59,753 nt of DNA, from the NCBI GenBank assembly GCA_964228865.1, contig CAXRAI010000045.1, positions 1 to 59,753 on the forward strand, read 5' to 3'. This stretch comes from Salinimicrobium sp. GTDB lineage: Archaea; Thermoplasmatota; Poseidoniia; Poseidoniales; Poseidoniaceae. Each line of letters starts with the position of its first letter. Position 1 is the first letter of the stretch. Below, piece by piece: positions 9,519-18,786 of the stretch. The notes beneath the pieces were generated by a model. It was not told the origin of the DNA, made no database searches, and saw only the letters and a program-made list of their open reading frames with translations. The translations under genes were made by a program, and so were the position numbers.

Positions 9519-10598
9519 TCAAGGACCCTTCGTCAGAAGGTCTCGGTCCTGCGCCACTCGGGGCAGGGCCAGCCATTCCCCTTCGATTCGAGCCAGGATC
9601 AGACGCGTGCCGCTTTCATGGTCCCATGGCAGCGCCACAGCCTCCACCTTCCAAGACCTTGGATCGAGGATTTCTGCGGCGCTGGAATCTTCGGACAGGG
9701 CATCGACCACGATCAAATCGTGATGCCGAGCCATCACAACGGCATGCTCCAAATCACGCCAGGACGCGCCCGTCCGCTCATGGCGTTGAGCGTGTTCAAG
9801 GATGACGCCGTCCTTGGTCCACGAAGTTGGACGCCACAACGCATCGCGCCAACGAATGACGTCCCCCAAGGCATAGCCCGGCATGCGGTAGAGCAAGGTC
9901 AGACGGGTCACATCGACGCCGTCTTTTCGGCCGACGGTCGAATTGGTCTCGATGGTTTGACCGCCATGGTTCTGCACCAAATGTCGGCCCCACGCCCGAG
10001 CGAGGCCTTTCGAGCCAAGCACCACGTCGTATCCCCCCTGAACAGGGCCTTCCTTGGTGATGAAGAACATCGGGTCCTCGGGCATGTTTCCGATGACGTC
10101 GTCAAGGGTTCCTCGGAGCGTCGTCAACTCGTTGTCTTCAAGACGCCTCCCGCTCGAACGCAACTGCACGGTGGCCTCGAAGTAGTTCCCCGCACGCCGG
10201 GTGCACGTCAAACAAACACCGTTGCTCATGCGCGCTCGTACGGTCCGCTCCTCGGTGTAGAGCAGGTCATCGATGACCCCTTCGGCTTGAACGTGAAGCA
10301 AGGTGTGCCGGTCGGTGATCGGTTGCGCCATCATCCCGATGGCAATGTCCTCAGCGTCTTCGTGAAACGTGACGTGACGTTGCACCAAATCGTCCATCAG
10401 CGTCTCGTCCTCAATGAAGGTCCACCGGCCCTCGACTTCAGTCGCCCCGCACCTTGCGCACCGGGTCCACGGAATGTTGTCCGGTGCGCGCATCAAGGTC
10501 GTACGTTCGCGGGAGCAGGACTCGCACATCCCGTCGGTGAACAGGGGCGGTTCCGCCCCACACACGAGACAAAACGCCCCGCCGAGGTCCACCGCCAT
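9519..10598 (-). CDS. NMD3-family ribosome biogenesis protein
   Basis: CLVCG...CESC, CARCG and CLTC zinc knuckles, plus the GNYFEATVQLR signature. Confidence 0.88.
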   Translation of the reverse strand: MAVDLGGAFCLVCGAEPPLFTDGMCESCSRERTTLMRAPDNIPWTRCARCGATEVEGRWTFIEDETLMDDLVQRHVTFHEDAEDIAIGMMAQPITDRHTLLHVQAEGVIDDLLYTEERTVRARMSNGVCLTCTRRAGNYFEATVQLRSSGRRLEDNELTTLRGTLDDVIGNMPEDPMFFITKEGPVQGGYDVVLGSKGLARAWGRHLVQNHGGQTIETNSTVGRKDGVDVTRLTLLYRMPGYALGDVIRWRDALWRPTSWTKDGVILEHAQRHERTGASWRDLEHAVVMARHHDLIVVDALSEDSSAAEILDPRSWKVEAVALPWDHESGTRLILARIEGEWLALPRVAQDRDLLTKGP

Positions 10599-10627
10599 GC
10601 CCCGGGGTCGGCACGTCTCCCTTCAGG

Positions 10628-10804
10628 CTAGCGCTCGTCGTCGAGCACCGGGTCCACATTGCTGTCGTTCAACCCAAGGGCCGCTTCGGTGGAAGCCAAA
10701 CGACGCTCAATGTCTCGAGCTCGCGACATGACCGTCCACGTCCACACGCCCAAGGCCGTCAACATGCCAAGGTAGCCCAAAGCCAGCGCCGTCATGCCGT
10801 TCAT
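10628..10804 (-). CDS. Small single-TM protein, CcmD-like (58 aa, below the ORF-track cutoff)
   Basis: Manual translation: MNGMTALALGYLGMLTALGVWTWTVMSRARDIERRLASTEAALGLNDSNVDPVLDDER*. ATGA overlap with the ccmC stop and an upstream GGAGGTG SD. Has a TM helix with Tyr followed by a charged amphipathic helix. Confidence 0.65.
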   Translation of the reverse strand: MNGMTALALGYLGMLTALGVWTWTVMSRARDIERRLASTEAALGLNDSNVDPVLDDER

Positions 10805-11550
10805 TCCGCCACCTCCGCGTCGAGTTTGCCCTGCAGGCGATCAAGCCGCTGTTCGAGCGACGTCAGATGAACGCTTTCCATGAGGTGGCCGACGATGAGG
10901 ACGGTGAAGGAGAGCGCTGCGAAGCCAAGCAAAGCGCCCATTTCTGGCGCCAATGAGCCCCCGCCGTCACCCGATGCGATGACCGGACCAGGGTGGCGGA
11001 TCTGCCAAATTCGGGTGGCGATGTAGGTCAGTGGAACCAACACGAATCCAAACAAGCCAGCGGTGGCAAAAGTGTCACGTGACTCGACGCCATCGGGCTG
11101 TGCTCGACGGCCAAGCACCAGCAACAGCGCGAGGAGCGTCAACAACGCGAAGCTGTTGAGTCGAACGTCGGTCCAGTCCCATGGCACGCCCCATTCCGCG
11201 GCGCCCCAAAGGCAACCGGACCACACGGCCATCAAGCCGGTGGCGAGACCTGCTTCGCTTCCAGCCACATGCAGGCGCCAGCCGAGCGCAGACCGTCGCA
11301 TGAACCAGAGCGCGGAACCCACGAAGAGCACCCCGAAGGCGATCATCGCCATCCACGCGCTGGGCACGTGCCAATAGAAGAGGCGTTGCGCTTCTGGGGA
11401 CTCGAAGGCATCGTTCGGAACGCTCGGAACCCAGAGGAAGGCCAAACCGAGGGCTGCGCTTGCTCCGAGGTATCCCAGGGCCAAACAAACACGGCCCGTG
11501 CGTTTGCCCATGTGGCTTCGCTGAGCCGATGGGATTTGAACCATGTTCAT
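10801..11550 (-). CDS. ccmC: Heme exporter protein C / cytochrome c biogenesis protein
   Basis: YWHVPSAW, the Trp-rich WWD motif WGAAEWGVPWDWTDVRL, a C-terminal HP and about 6 TM helices. Confidence 0.88.
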   Translation of the reverse strand: MNMVQIPSAQRSHMGKRTGRVCLALGYLGASAALGLAFLWVPSVPNDAFESPEAQRLFYWHVPSAWMAMIAFGVLFVGSALWFMRRSALGWRLHVAGSEAGLATGLMAVWSGCLWGAAEWGVPWDWTDVRLNSFALLTLLALLLVLGRRAQPDGVESRDTFATAGLFGFVLVPLTYIATRIWQIRHPGPVIASGDGGGSLAPEMGALLGFAALSFTVLIVGHLMESVHLTSLEQRLDRLQGKLDAEVAE

Positions 11551-12785
11551 GCGAGCAGGTCCAAAAGCACGCCAAACGGAAGCACGGTCAGCGGCATCAT
11601 CAGACGAAGATGGAGGGCTTCCGGCCGTGCCAATCGGAGACCGAGCGCATCTGCAGCAGCAACGCTCTGGCTGAGCACGAGGCCCAAGAGAGCCCCAGAT
11701 AGCACCACATCAACGCCCACGGAAAGGTCGAGCAAAAGTCCCATCACCATCGGACCAAGGCCCCCAAGCACGAGCGGCGTCAATGGGTCCCGTGGCCGAA
11801 GGCCGAGGGCCTCCAGGCGTTGGAAGGCGCGATCTCGCCGCAACGTGAGCAAGGCCGCGTCTCCGGCCGCACCGCCCACAAAAGAGGGCAAGAGAAGGAG
11901 GCCCAACAGAGCAGTTGGAGAGAAATTGGCCACGGCGGATGCATCGAAGAACAACGTGGCCAGCGCCCAGGTCATCAAGACGCCGAGCACGGAACCAGAG
12001 AGTGGCGTCCCTCCTGCCCATGCATACCTTCGGCCAAGCCTCCACGACGAAGGGCGAGCGTTGTCCCCGGTCAACGTGGGCCACGCTTGTTCACGTTCGG
12101 CTCCTGCAGCGTTGTGTTCAACCGAACGCAAGTGGCCTTCGCTTAGCACGTAGGCTTGGCTGACCGATTCAAACCGCTCAGGATGATGCGTTCCAATCAA
12201 CACCGTTGCACCTCGAGCCATCACTTCAGCCACCAAGGCGGCGGTGGTTGTTCGTCCTCGTTCGTCGAGGGCCGCCATCGGTTCGTCCAGGACGAGCAAA
12301 CTCTCACGGTCACCGACCAAGCCTGGCAGCAGTGCACCGAGCACGCTCACTTTCCGACGTTGACCCTCAGAGAGCGCGAGCATGCGGTCATCGAGGCGAT
12401 GTCGGAGATCCATGCGCTGAGCCAACTCGGCCAGTTCCTCGTCATCGACACGAACTCCGGCGGCCATGGCGCAAACCTCGAGATGGTGCCGAACGCTTTG
12501 GTCGCGGACGCTTCCATCGGTTTGGAGCAACACGCCAAGGGGAAGATGAGGGTGCCGTGCGCGGCGCCCTTCTGCGTCTCGGACAACCTTCGATTGCGTC
12601 TGGACGACCCCTTCCTCGAGCGGATGCAGGCCCAGAATTGCCTCGATGAGGGTGGACTTCCCGGTTCCGTTTTCTCCCAAAAGGAGGGTGCACGTTCCCG
12701 GTTCAAGCGAAAGGTCAGCGCCTCGAAGAACGGTGTGTTGCCCACGGCGGACCACCAGTCCGCGCGCTTCGAGCACCGTGCCCAT
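11547..12785 (-). CDS. ABC ATPase (CcmA-like) fused to a C-terminal multi-TM permease-like (CcmB-like) domain
   Basis: Walker A GENGTGKST, signature LSEGQ, Walker B LVLDEP and H-loop THH. The last ~165 aa are strongly hydrophobic. Overlaps ccmC by 4 nt. Confidence 0.75.
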   Translation of the reverse strand: MGTVLEARGLVVRRGQHTVLRGADLSLEPGTCTLLLGENGTGKSTLIEAILGLHPLEEGVVQTQSKVVRDAEGRRARHPHLPLGVLLQTDGSVRDQSVRHHLEVCAMAAGVRVDDEELAELAQRMDLRHRLDDRMLALSEGQRRKVSVLGALLPGLVGDRESLLVLDEPMAALDERGRTTTAALVAEVMARGATVLIGTHHPERFESVSQAYVLSEGHLRSVEHNAAGAEREQAWPTLTGDNARPSSWRLGRRYAWAGGTPLSGSVLGVLMTWALATLFFDASAVANFSPTALLGLLLLPSFVGGAAGDAALLTLRRDRAFQRLEALGLRPRDPLTPLVLGGLGPMVMGLLLDLSVGVDVVLSGALLGLVLSQSVAAADALGLRLARPEALHLRLMMPLTVLPFGVLLDLLA

Positions 12786-12861
12786 GCCAAGGCCAACGGA
12801 CCCGCACCCAAGAAGCCGCCGACCCGCGAAGCGTCAAAGCAGAGGGCATGCTCGACATGCC

Positions 12862-13932
12862 ATGGCCACCGTACCGTTCGCGTGGCCGATGTTGACGCTC
12901 TTGGAGCAGGCCTTCATCGTGGGGTGGCTGTTGGCCGTCGTCTTGCCCATCGCATACGCCATCCGTTCGCGGGCACCCTTGTCCTTGGGCATCGTGCTGG
13001 CGGTGCTTTTTGGTTCGGTGATGCAAGCCCTCATCGGCGCAGCCTACCGCATGGACCTCATTCAGGACTTCATGCTCTGGTTTGACTTGGTGCTCATCCC
13101 CGGACGGATGAACGACCCGCGTTGGTGGCACACCGCGGTCACGGCGGGGTTTCTTCATGCACAATTCGACCTTATGCACGTCCTTGGCAACGTGGTGATT
13201 CTCGCCTTGGTGGGGGTGCCCCTTGAACAGCGCCTCGGCACGAAGCGGTACGCCATCGTGTACGCCATCGGTCTTCTGGGAGGTTCCTTGGCGTGGACGC
13301 TGGCCAACTGGGAGAGCGTTACCCCGGCATGGGGAGCAAGTGGAGCGGCCTTCGGGCTGCTTGGCGCGTATTTGGCCGGGTGGCCACGAGACGAGATTCC
13401 CTTTCCTCTGATTTTGATTCGGCCGTGGCCGGTCAGCCTGATCGCGCTCCTGTATTTCGCGCTTGAAATCGCGCGATGGTGGGCCGCAGAAGGTGGCGCG
13501 GGAGGAAACGTCGCTCACATGGCCCACCTGGGAGGTTTCCTTGCGACCTACCTCACGTTGCCTTTGGTTGCTCGCGGAGGCCCCGTGGCCACGGGTGTGG
13601 TGGACGGAGGGCCCAGCGGTTTGTCCACCCTGCGCGGGCGGCGTGACGCCATCAAGCGCAGCATGGTCAACCTGACCGACGTCGATGACCCTTGGACGGC
13701 GCGGGGAGTTCCGGTGCCCAAGCACGCCCGAGGTGTGTTGACCTCCTTGCTGGAGGCATCCGACGAGCCAGAAACACGGGCTGCGTGGTTCGAACAACTG
13801 GCCGCCGTGGTCCGTTGCCCGGACTGCGATGGCGAGGTGGGTGTCGTCGAACGGAAAAATGGACCGAGGCTTCAGTGTGCCACCGACCCGCAGCACCTCG
13901 ACTGGCCGCCTGATGAAGAGGCAACGGGATAG
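12862..13932 (+). CDS. Rhomboid intramembrane serine protease with C-terminal Zn-ribbon-like extension
   Basis: FLH...H..GN, catalytic GASG and AHMAHLGG motifs. C-terminal CPDC...C...H. Start at ATG 12862. Confidence 0.88.
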   Translation: MATVPFAWPMLTLLEQAFIVGWLLAVVLPIAYAIRSRAPLSLGIVLAVLFGSVMQALIGAAYRMDLIQDFMLWFDLVLIPGRMNDPRWWHTAVTAGFLHAQFDLMHVLGNVVILALVGVPLEQRLGTKRYAIVYAIGLLGGSLAWTLANWESVTPAWGASGAAFGLLGAYLAGWPRDEIPFPLILIRPWPVSLIALLYFALEIARWWAAEGGAGGNVAHMAHLGGFLATYLTLPLVARGGPVATGVVDGGPSGLSTLRGRRDAIKRSMVNLTDVDDPWTARGVPVPKHARGVLTSLLEASDEPETRAAWFEQLAAVVRCPDCDGEVGVVERKNGPRLQCATDPQHLDWPPDEEATG

Positions 13933-13963
13933 GCTCAAAGGTGTCCAGACGGACCGTTCCTTG

Positions 13964-16900
13964 ATGAGCGGAAGCGCCGACAGGACCGCACGCGGCACGC
14001 GCGTCGCCCTCTTCCTCCTCGTGCTGATGGTCACAGGACCGGCCGCGGCGGGCAGTGAAGCCTTGCTTCCCGACACCGAAGCCCGCGTCAACGTGGTGGA
14101 CGGCGTTCCTGCACTGATGTGTGGTGACGAACTCTGCCCTGCTCCTGACCGCTGGCCGGACCGCGCTGAGCGCCACGCCGAGGAAGCCTACGGCTGGTGG
14201 CTGCGCTACGGCCCAGACCTGGACGGAAACGGCATGGACGATCGCCTCCAGCGTGTCCTTGACGGGGCACCTTCCGTATCGCCCACGGCCATCGAAGGGG
14301 CGGATGGCCGGCTCACCGTCGCGATTGTGGTCGATTTTGCATGGCACCCCGAAGAGGCCGATGTCGATGCATTGCGCGCCATCCTCGACGCGCATGGCTG
14401 GGTTGGCGAGGAAGGGGGCGCGTGGTTTGACGACCCAGAGAGTTTGGATGCCATCGTCCTTGACCGCGTTCCCGTCTCCGCGCTCCTCGACATTTGGCGG
14501 CTTGAAGGCGTGGTCGTGGTGGAGATGCAGAACCTGCTTGTGCCCACCAACGACGTGGCTTCCAAGGCCATTCGAGCCCGGGACAGCGACGTGTACGCAG
14601 GCGAAGTGCACCCGACCGGGCTGACCGGCGACGGCGTCGTCATCGCGGTGCTGGACACGGGCGTGGACAACGAACACCGAAGCCTCAACGACTTTGATGA
14701 CGCAAGCGACGCCCCTGATTTGGACCCGCTCTCCTACGACGACCACAAGTGGGTTGCAGGATTTGACGCCACCTCGACGTCCTCAAACCCCGACGGCTCG
14801 CAGGATCCTGACGACGGTCAAGGCCACGGCACACACGTTGCGGGCAGTGCTTTGGGCACAGGCGATGCCTCCCGCCAGCACACAGGAACGGCTCCGGGAG
14901 CCTACTTGGTGGACGTGAAGGTCCTGACCGACGCCGGCGGCACGAATTCGCAATATTCCATCAGCGGCATTCAATGGGTGGTCAACAACGCCAACACCGA
15001 TTGGGGTCACAACGGATCGTCAAAAGGCATCCAAGTGGCGTCCATGTCCTTTGGTTCATTCAGTTCCCCCCTGAACCCCGACGACACCGGCGACAACGGC
15101 TCAAGCGCTGAAGCACGCCAGGTGAACAACGCCGTCGATGCTGGCGTGGTCTGCGTGATCGCCATGGGCAACGACGGTGCCCGGCGGGTGCCTTCACCGG
15201 CGAGCGCCGACAAGGGCATCGCCATCTCTGCAGCCAACGACCGAAACACGATCAACCGCACCGACGACTCCACGGCAAGTTACACCAACTACGGGCCCCG
15301 GGACGACGACGGCGACGACGATGAACTGGACGAATTGAAACCCGACCTGGCGTCCTACGGCACGGGCATCACCAGCGCCACTGCGGCCACCGGCACGACC
15401 TTCCCCGGTCAGCCGGACCGACCGAAGGCGGACACCGGTTACGATTCAAAGGACGGCACCAGCATGGCCACTCCGCTGGCCTCCGGCGTGGTGGCCCTCA
15501 TGCTCGAAGCCGATCCTTCGCTCGAGCCGGACGAAATCAAGCAATTCCTCCGTGATTCTGCCGAACGCCGTGGGAGCGCGAGCGAACCATCGATCGACCC
15601 GCACTGGAACGAAAAATGGGGATGGGGCCTCATCGACGCCTCGTGCGCTGTGGATTTGGTGCTCGAACGCACCTGCACATCGCTCGATGGCGGCACGGTC
15701 ATCGCGCCACCTCCCGTTGGAGACGGGGATGGAGATCACGTGGACATCACCTCCCACCAAAACGGAAGCCTGCTTCTGGCGGGTGACCGCGTCCGCTTCC
15801 AAGGCAGCGTCGAAGACACGACCGACCGCACCTACACGGAAGTGGAGGTGCGGCTCGAGCAATACCGTGACGGTTCGAGCAACCCCGTGGAGTTGCTTGA
15901 TTGGCGCAAAGCAGGAGGAGATCCCGCGGCGTGGTACCTTGACGTCACCCTCGACGACGACTGGGTGGACGAGGACGAGGATTACACGCTCATCCTTGCC
16001 CGAGCCCGCACCGACAGCGGAGATGTGTCGGCCACCGATGTGCGGTGGATGAACCTGGGACGCATGTCCGCCAGCATCACATCACCCTCAACACAGACGG
16101 TCCTGGAAGGAAGCGTCACGTTCACCGGCACCGCACAGGGCCCTGAGCCAAGTGCGGTTGAAGGCCGCATCGGCAACGGACCATGGGTTGAGGTCGCCAC
16201 CCTGAACGACGATGACTTCACGCTCCAAGACTGGTCGTGGACGTGGGATTCGACCGCTGTTGAGGACGGCGACCACTACGTCGCCGTACGCTTCGTCAAT
16301 CAATCTGGTGCCGTCAGTGAGCCTTTCCGCCGCACCTACGAAGTGGACAACCTTCCCGCAGCCCCAGAACTCGCCTTGACCGGACTCTCCAACGTGTACG
16401 ATCAGGGCCTCACGACGACGAGCGCCGTCGCGGGCACCGTGTTGGAAGTTCGGTTTGAATTCCTGAACGACGGGGATGCGGCAGCGGAAAACGTTGGACT
16501 CCAGTTGGATGCCCCTGGATCTGTCTCTGAAGTCTATCCAAGTCAGGGCCTCATCGCTTCGGTAGAAGCCGGTGAGCGACGCACCTACAGCTTGTGGTGG
16601 TGGGCCACCGAACCCGGAACCCACGAAGTCGTGATCACGATCGACCCGGAGGAGCGCCTGAGTGACGTTGACCGAACCGACAACGAAGTGCGATTCTCCT
16701 TCACCATCGAACCCCGGCCGGTCGAACCTAGCTTGCGCTTCTTGCAGGGTTCGGTCACGACCATGCCCCTCGTCCCTGTGCCCAACCAACCCTTCGAAAT
16801 CTCCGTCCGGCTTGACAACCTTGGCCAGAACGAGGCGACCTCGCTGACGATGAACCTCGAGCGATGGACGGAGGACGGGTGGCTGTCTGTGGAATCGGCC

Positions 16901-18784
16901 AGCATTGGCAGGGTCAACGGCGGCAGTTCCTCGTCGGGGTACGCAACCGCTCGCTTCCTCGACCAAGTCGACGCAATCGGTGGTCATCAATACCGCGTGT
17001 TGTTGAGTGGAAACGGTGTCGAGGCAGAGCATGCTGAGCACCGGTTCACGGTGGTCGCAGACACGTTCACGCTCGGCTCCCCCGTTCGCCTGTCGCTGGA
17101 CGATGGAGAAACGCCCATCCAACTCATCGGCGGCGACGATGGAGCCGTTCTGCTGACCACACGCGACGGTGAACTTCACGCTCGAATCCTGTCGAGTTCC
17201 ATGGTCGTGATCAGCGACGTTCTCGTCGAGCGCAATTGGGGCGGAGAGGTCGCGAGCACCGTGCGCAGCGACGCCATGATCCAGCTGGCCTGGACGCGAC
17301 GCACCATGAGCGAAGACGGGTACACCCTCCAGGATCTCGGCATCGCTGCCCTGACCACCTCAGGACAAATGACGCCCGTTCAGCGCGAGTTGACCCCGCT
17401 GAAATTGTCAGAAGGCAGCTACTGGGGACTGGACGTGGCCGAGCGTAACGGTGAGGTGGTCGTGGCTGGATACCACCGGGACATCTCAACCGGAGGCTCG
17501 TGGCTGGACGTGACCAGCATCTTCACCATGATCTCAGAGCGCCCAGACCTTTCCGGTTCGTGGGAGGGGCCGTACATCGTGCATGCTGATGTTGACGTGC
17601 TGGCTTCCCAAGGCGACCCCGTATCGGTGGCCATCAGCGACGAAAGGCTCCACATCCTCTTCCAGACTTCACGCGACGACGTGACTGGCGTTGAACGCCT
17701 TGGGCTGCTCTACAGCCATGGAGAACGGGCCCAGGAAGGATGGAACTTCATTGCCGCCGTCGGCGATGAAGCCTCGGACCACCACCTTGCGGTCGACGAA
17801 AGCGGTCAACTCATCGCCGCATGGATCGAGCGGCAGGGCCAAGACGCTCAAGTCTGCACCGCCGTTACTGACCAAAGTTGGAGCGTTGAGGACTCGACAT
17901 GCCTGTCGGCTCCGGGCGCCCTTCGTATGAGCACGATCCAACGCGAACATGGCGTGATGGTCATGTACGACGAGATTTCAGTCCGTGGACCTGTGGTCCG
18001 CTTTGGATTGCTCGCGGTGGGTGAGGGCGCAGAGGCCTATGCGTTGGCCAACATCCTCGAAGCCGGCCAGTTGCTTGGCGCAGACGGCAAGACCGCTGAC
18101 GTTGTCGTTGGTTTTGTGTCCACCACGGGCGCACTCGACCTCCGTATTTTGGCGGATGCCAACCCAAGCGATTCGGGCGAAAACAGCGCCACGTGGATCG
18201 ACGATTTGCTCGCCCCTCTCCCCGGCGACCGGGACATGCAGATGCTGATCCTCGGCGGCTCAGGTTTGGTGGTCGTTGTGCTCTTGTTGGCGATGGTGCT
18301 GACGGCTCGACGTGCCCTACGACGACGTCCAGGAGAAGGGGACGAAGAAGGCGATGACCAAGACGACGAAGTCGTGATGATGATCACCCCTGAGAACGAT
18401 GAATCGCCCTATGCGGTGGTCGAAGAGGAAGACACCATTGTTGCGGTGATGGACGACGATGAAGACGAGGCCGAAGAGGAGGAAACCGTCCGTCCAGACC
18501 CGGTTAACGCACGGCAGGAGCGGCGACGGCGACGCGCCCTTGCGGGAACACTCCCGAAGCCGGAGGCAACGCTGGCGTTGTCGACCCCACCCCTACCAGA
18601 TCTCGGCGATTTGCCCCTGCCTGACCTTTCGAATGCCCCGTTGCCCGAACTCCCCACGTTGCCGGATTTGCCCCCGCCAAGCCGTGAGGCCGTCTGTGGC
18701 AGGTGCGAGGCTTCATTCACCGTTCGAGACCTCCGGCTCCGCAAGATGCCGTGCCCGATTTGTGGCGAGTCCGTGGAGGTTTGA
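13964..18784 (+). CDS. Large membrane-anchored S8 (subtilisin-like) serine protease with Ig/CARDB domains
   Basis: Signal peptide and catalytic triad motifs VLDTG, HGTHVAG and GTSMATP. CARDB-like repeats (IDPE...E.D..DN). C-terminal TM, acidic/Pro-rich tail and CxxC..CxxC. Confidence 0.9.
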   Translation: MSGSADRTARGTRVALFLLVLMVTGPAAAGSEALLPDTEARVNVVDGVPALMCGDELCPAPDRWPDRAERHAEEAYGWWLRYGPDLDGNGMDDRLQRVLDGAPSVSPTAIEGADGRLTVAIVVDFAWHPEEADVDALRAILDAHGWVGEEGGAWFDDPESLDAIVLDRVPVSALLDIWRLEGVVVVEMQNLLVPTNDVASKAIRARDSDVYAGEVHPTGLTGDGVVIAVLDTGVDNEHRSLNDFDDASDAPDLDPLSYDDHKWVAGFDATSTSSNPDGSQDPDDGQGHGTHVAGSALGTGDASRQHTGTAPGAYLVDVKVLTDAGGTNSQYSISGIQWVVNNANTDWGHNGSSKGIQVASMSFGSFSSPLNPDDTGDNGSSAEARQVNNAVDAGVVCVIAMGNDGARRVPSPASADKGIAISAANDRNTINRTDDSTASYTNYGPRDDDGDDDELDELKPDLASYGTGITSATAATGTTFPGQPDRPKADTGYDSKDGTSMATPLASGVVALMLEADPSLEPDEIKQFLRDSAERRGSASEPSIDPHWNEKWGWGLIDASCAVDLVLERTCTSLDGGTVIAPPPVGDGDGDHVDITSHQNGSLLLAGDRVRFQGSVEDTTDRTYTEVEVRLEQYRDGSSNPVELLDWRKAGGDPAAWYLDVTLDDDWVDEDEDYTLILARARTDSGDVSATDVRWMNLGRMSASITSPSTQTVLEGSVTFTGTAQGPEPSAVEGRIGNGPWVEVATLNDDDFTLQDWSWTWDSTAVEDGDHYVAVRFVNQSGAVSEPFRRTYEVDNLPAAPELALTGLSNVYDQGLTTTSAVAGTVLEVRFEFLNDGDAAAENVGLQLDAPGSVSEVYPSQGLIASVEAGERRTYSLWWWATEPGTHEVVITIDPEERLSDVDRTDNEVRFSFTIEPRPVEPSLRFLQGSVTTMPLVPVPNQPFEISVRLDNLGQNEATSLTMNLERWTEDGWLSVESASIGRVNGGSSSSGYATARFLDQVDAIGGHQYRVLLSGNGVEAEHAEHRFTVVADTFTLGSPVRLSLDDGETPIQLIGGDDGAVLLTTRDGELHARILSSSMVVISDVLVERNWGGEVASTVRSDAMIQLAWTRRTMSEDGYTLQDLGIAALTTSGQMTPVQRELTPLKLSEGSYWGLDVAERNGEVVVAGYHRDISTGGSWLDVTSIFTMISERPDLSGSWEGPYIVHADVDVLASQGDPVSVAISDERLHILFQTSRDDVTGVERLGLLYSHGERAQEGWNFIAAVGDEASDHHLAVDESGQLIAAWIERQGQDAQVCTAVTDQSWSVEDSTCLSAPGALRMSTIQREHGVMVMYDEISVRGPVVRFGLLAVGEGAEAYALANILEAGQLLGADGKTADVVVGFVSTTGALDLRILADANPSDSGENSATWIDDLLAPLPGDRDMQMLILGGSGLVVVVLLLAMVLTARRALRRRPGEGDEEGDDQDDEVVMMITPENDESPYAVVEEEDTIVAVMDDDEDEAEEEETVRPDPVNARQERRRRRALAGTLPKPEATLALSTPPLPDLGDLPLPDLSNAPLPELPTLPDLPPPSREAVCGRCEASFTVRDLRLRKMPCPICGESVEV

Positions 18785-18786
18785 CC

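Noticed and set aside
8521-10631. 400-aa and 392-aa plus-strand ORFs
   Set aside because: Antisense to the well-supported pgi/pmi and NMD3 genes, with R/H/G-rich non-protein-like composition.
12715-14746. 458-aa and 359-aa minus-strand ORFs
   Set aside because: Antisense to the rhomboid and S8 genes.
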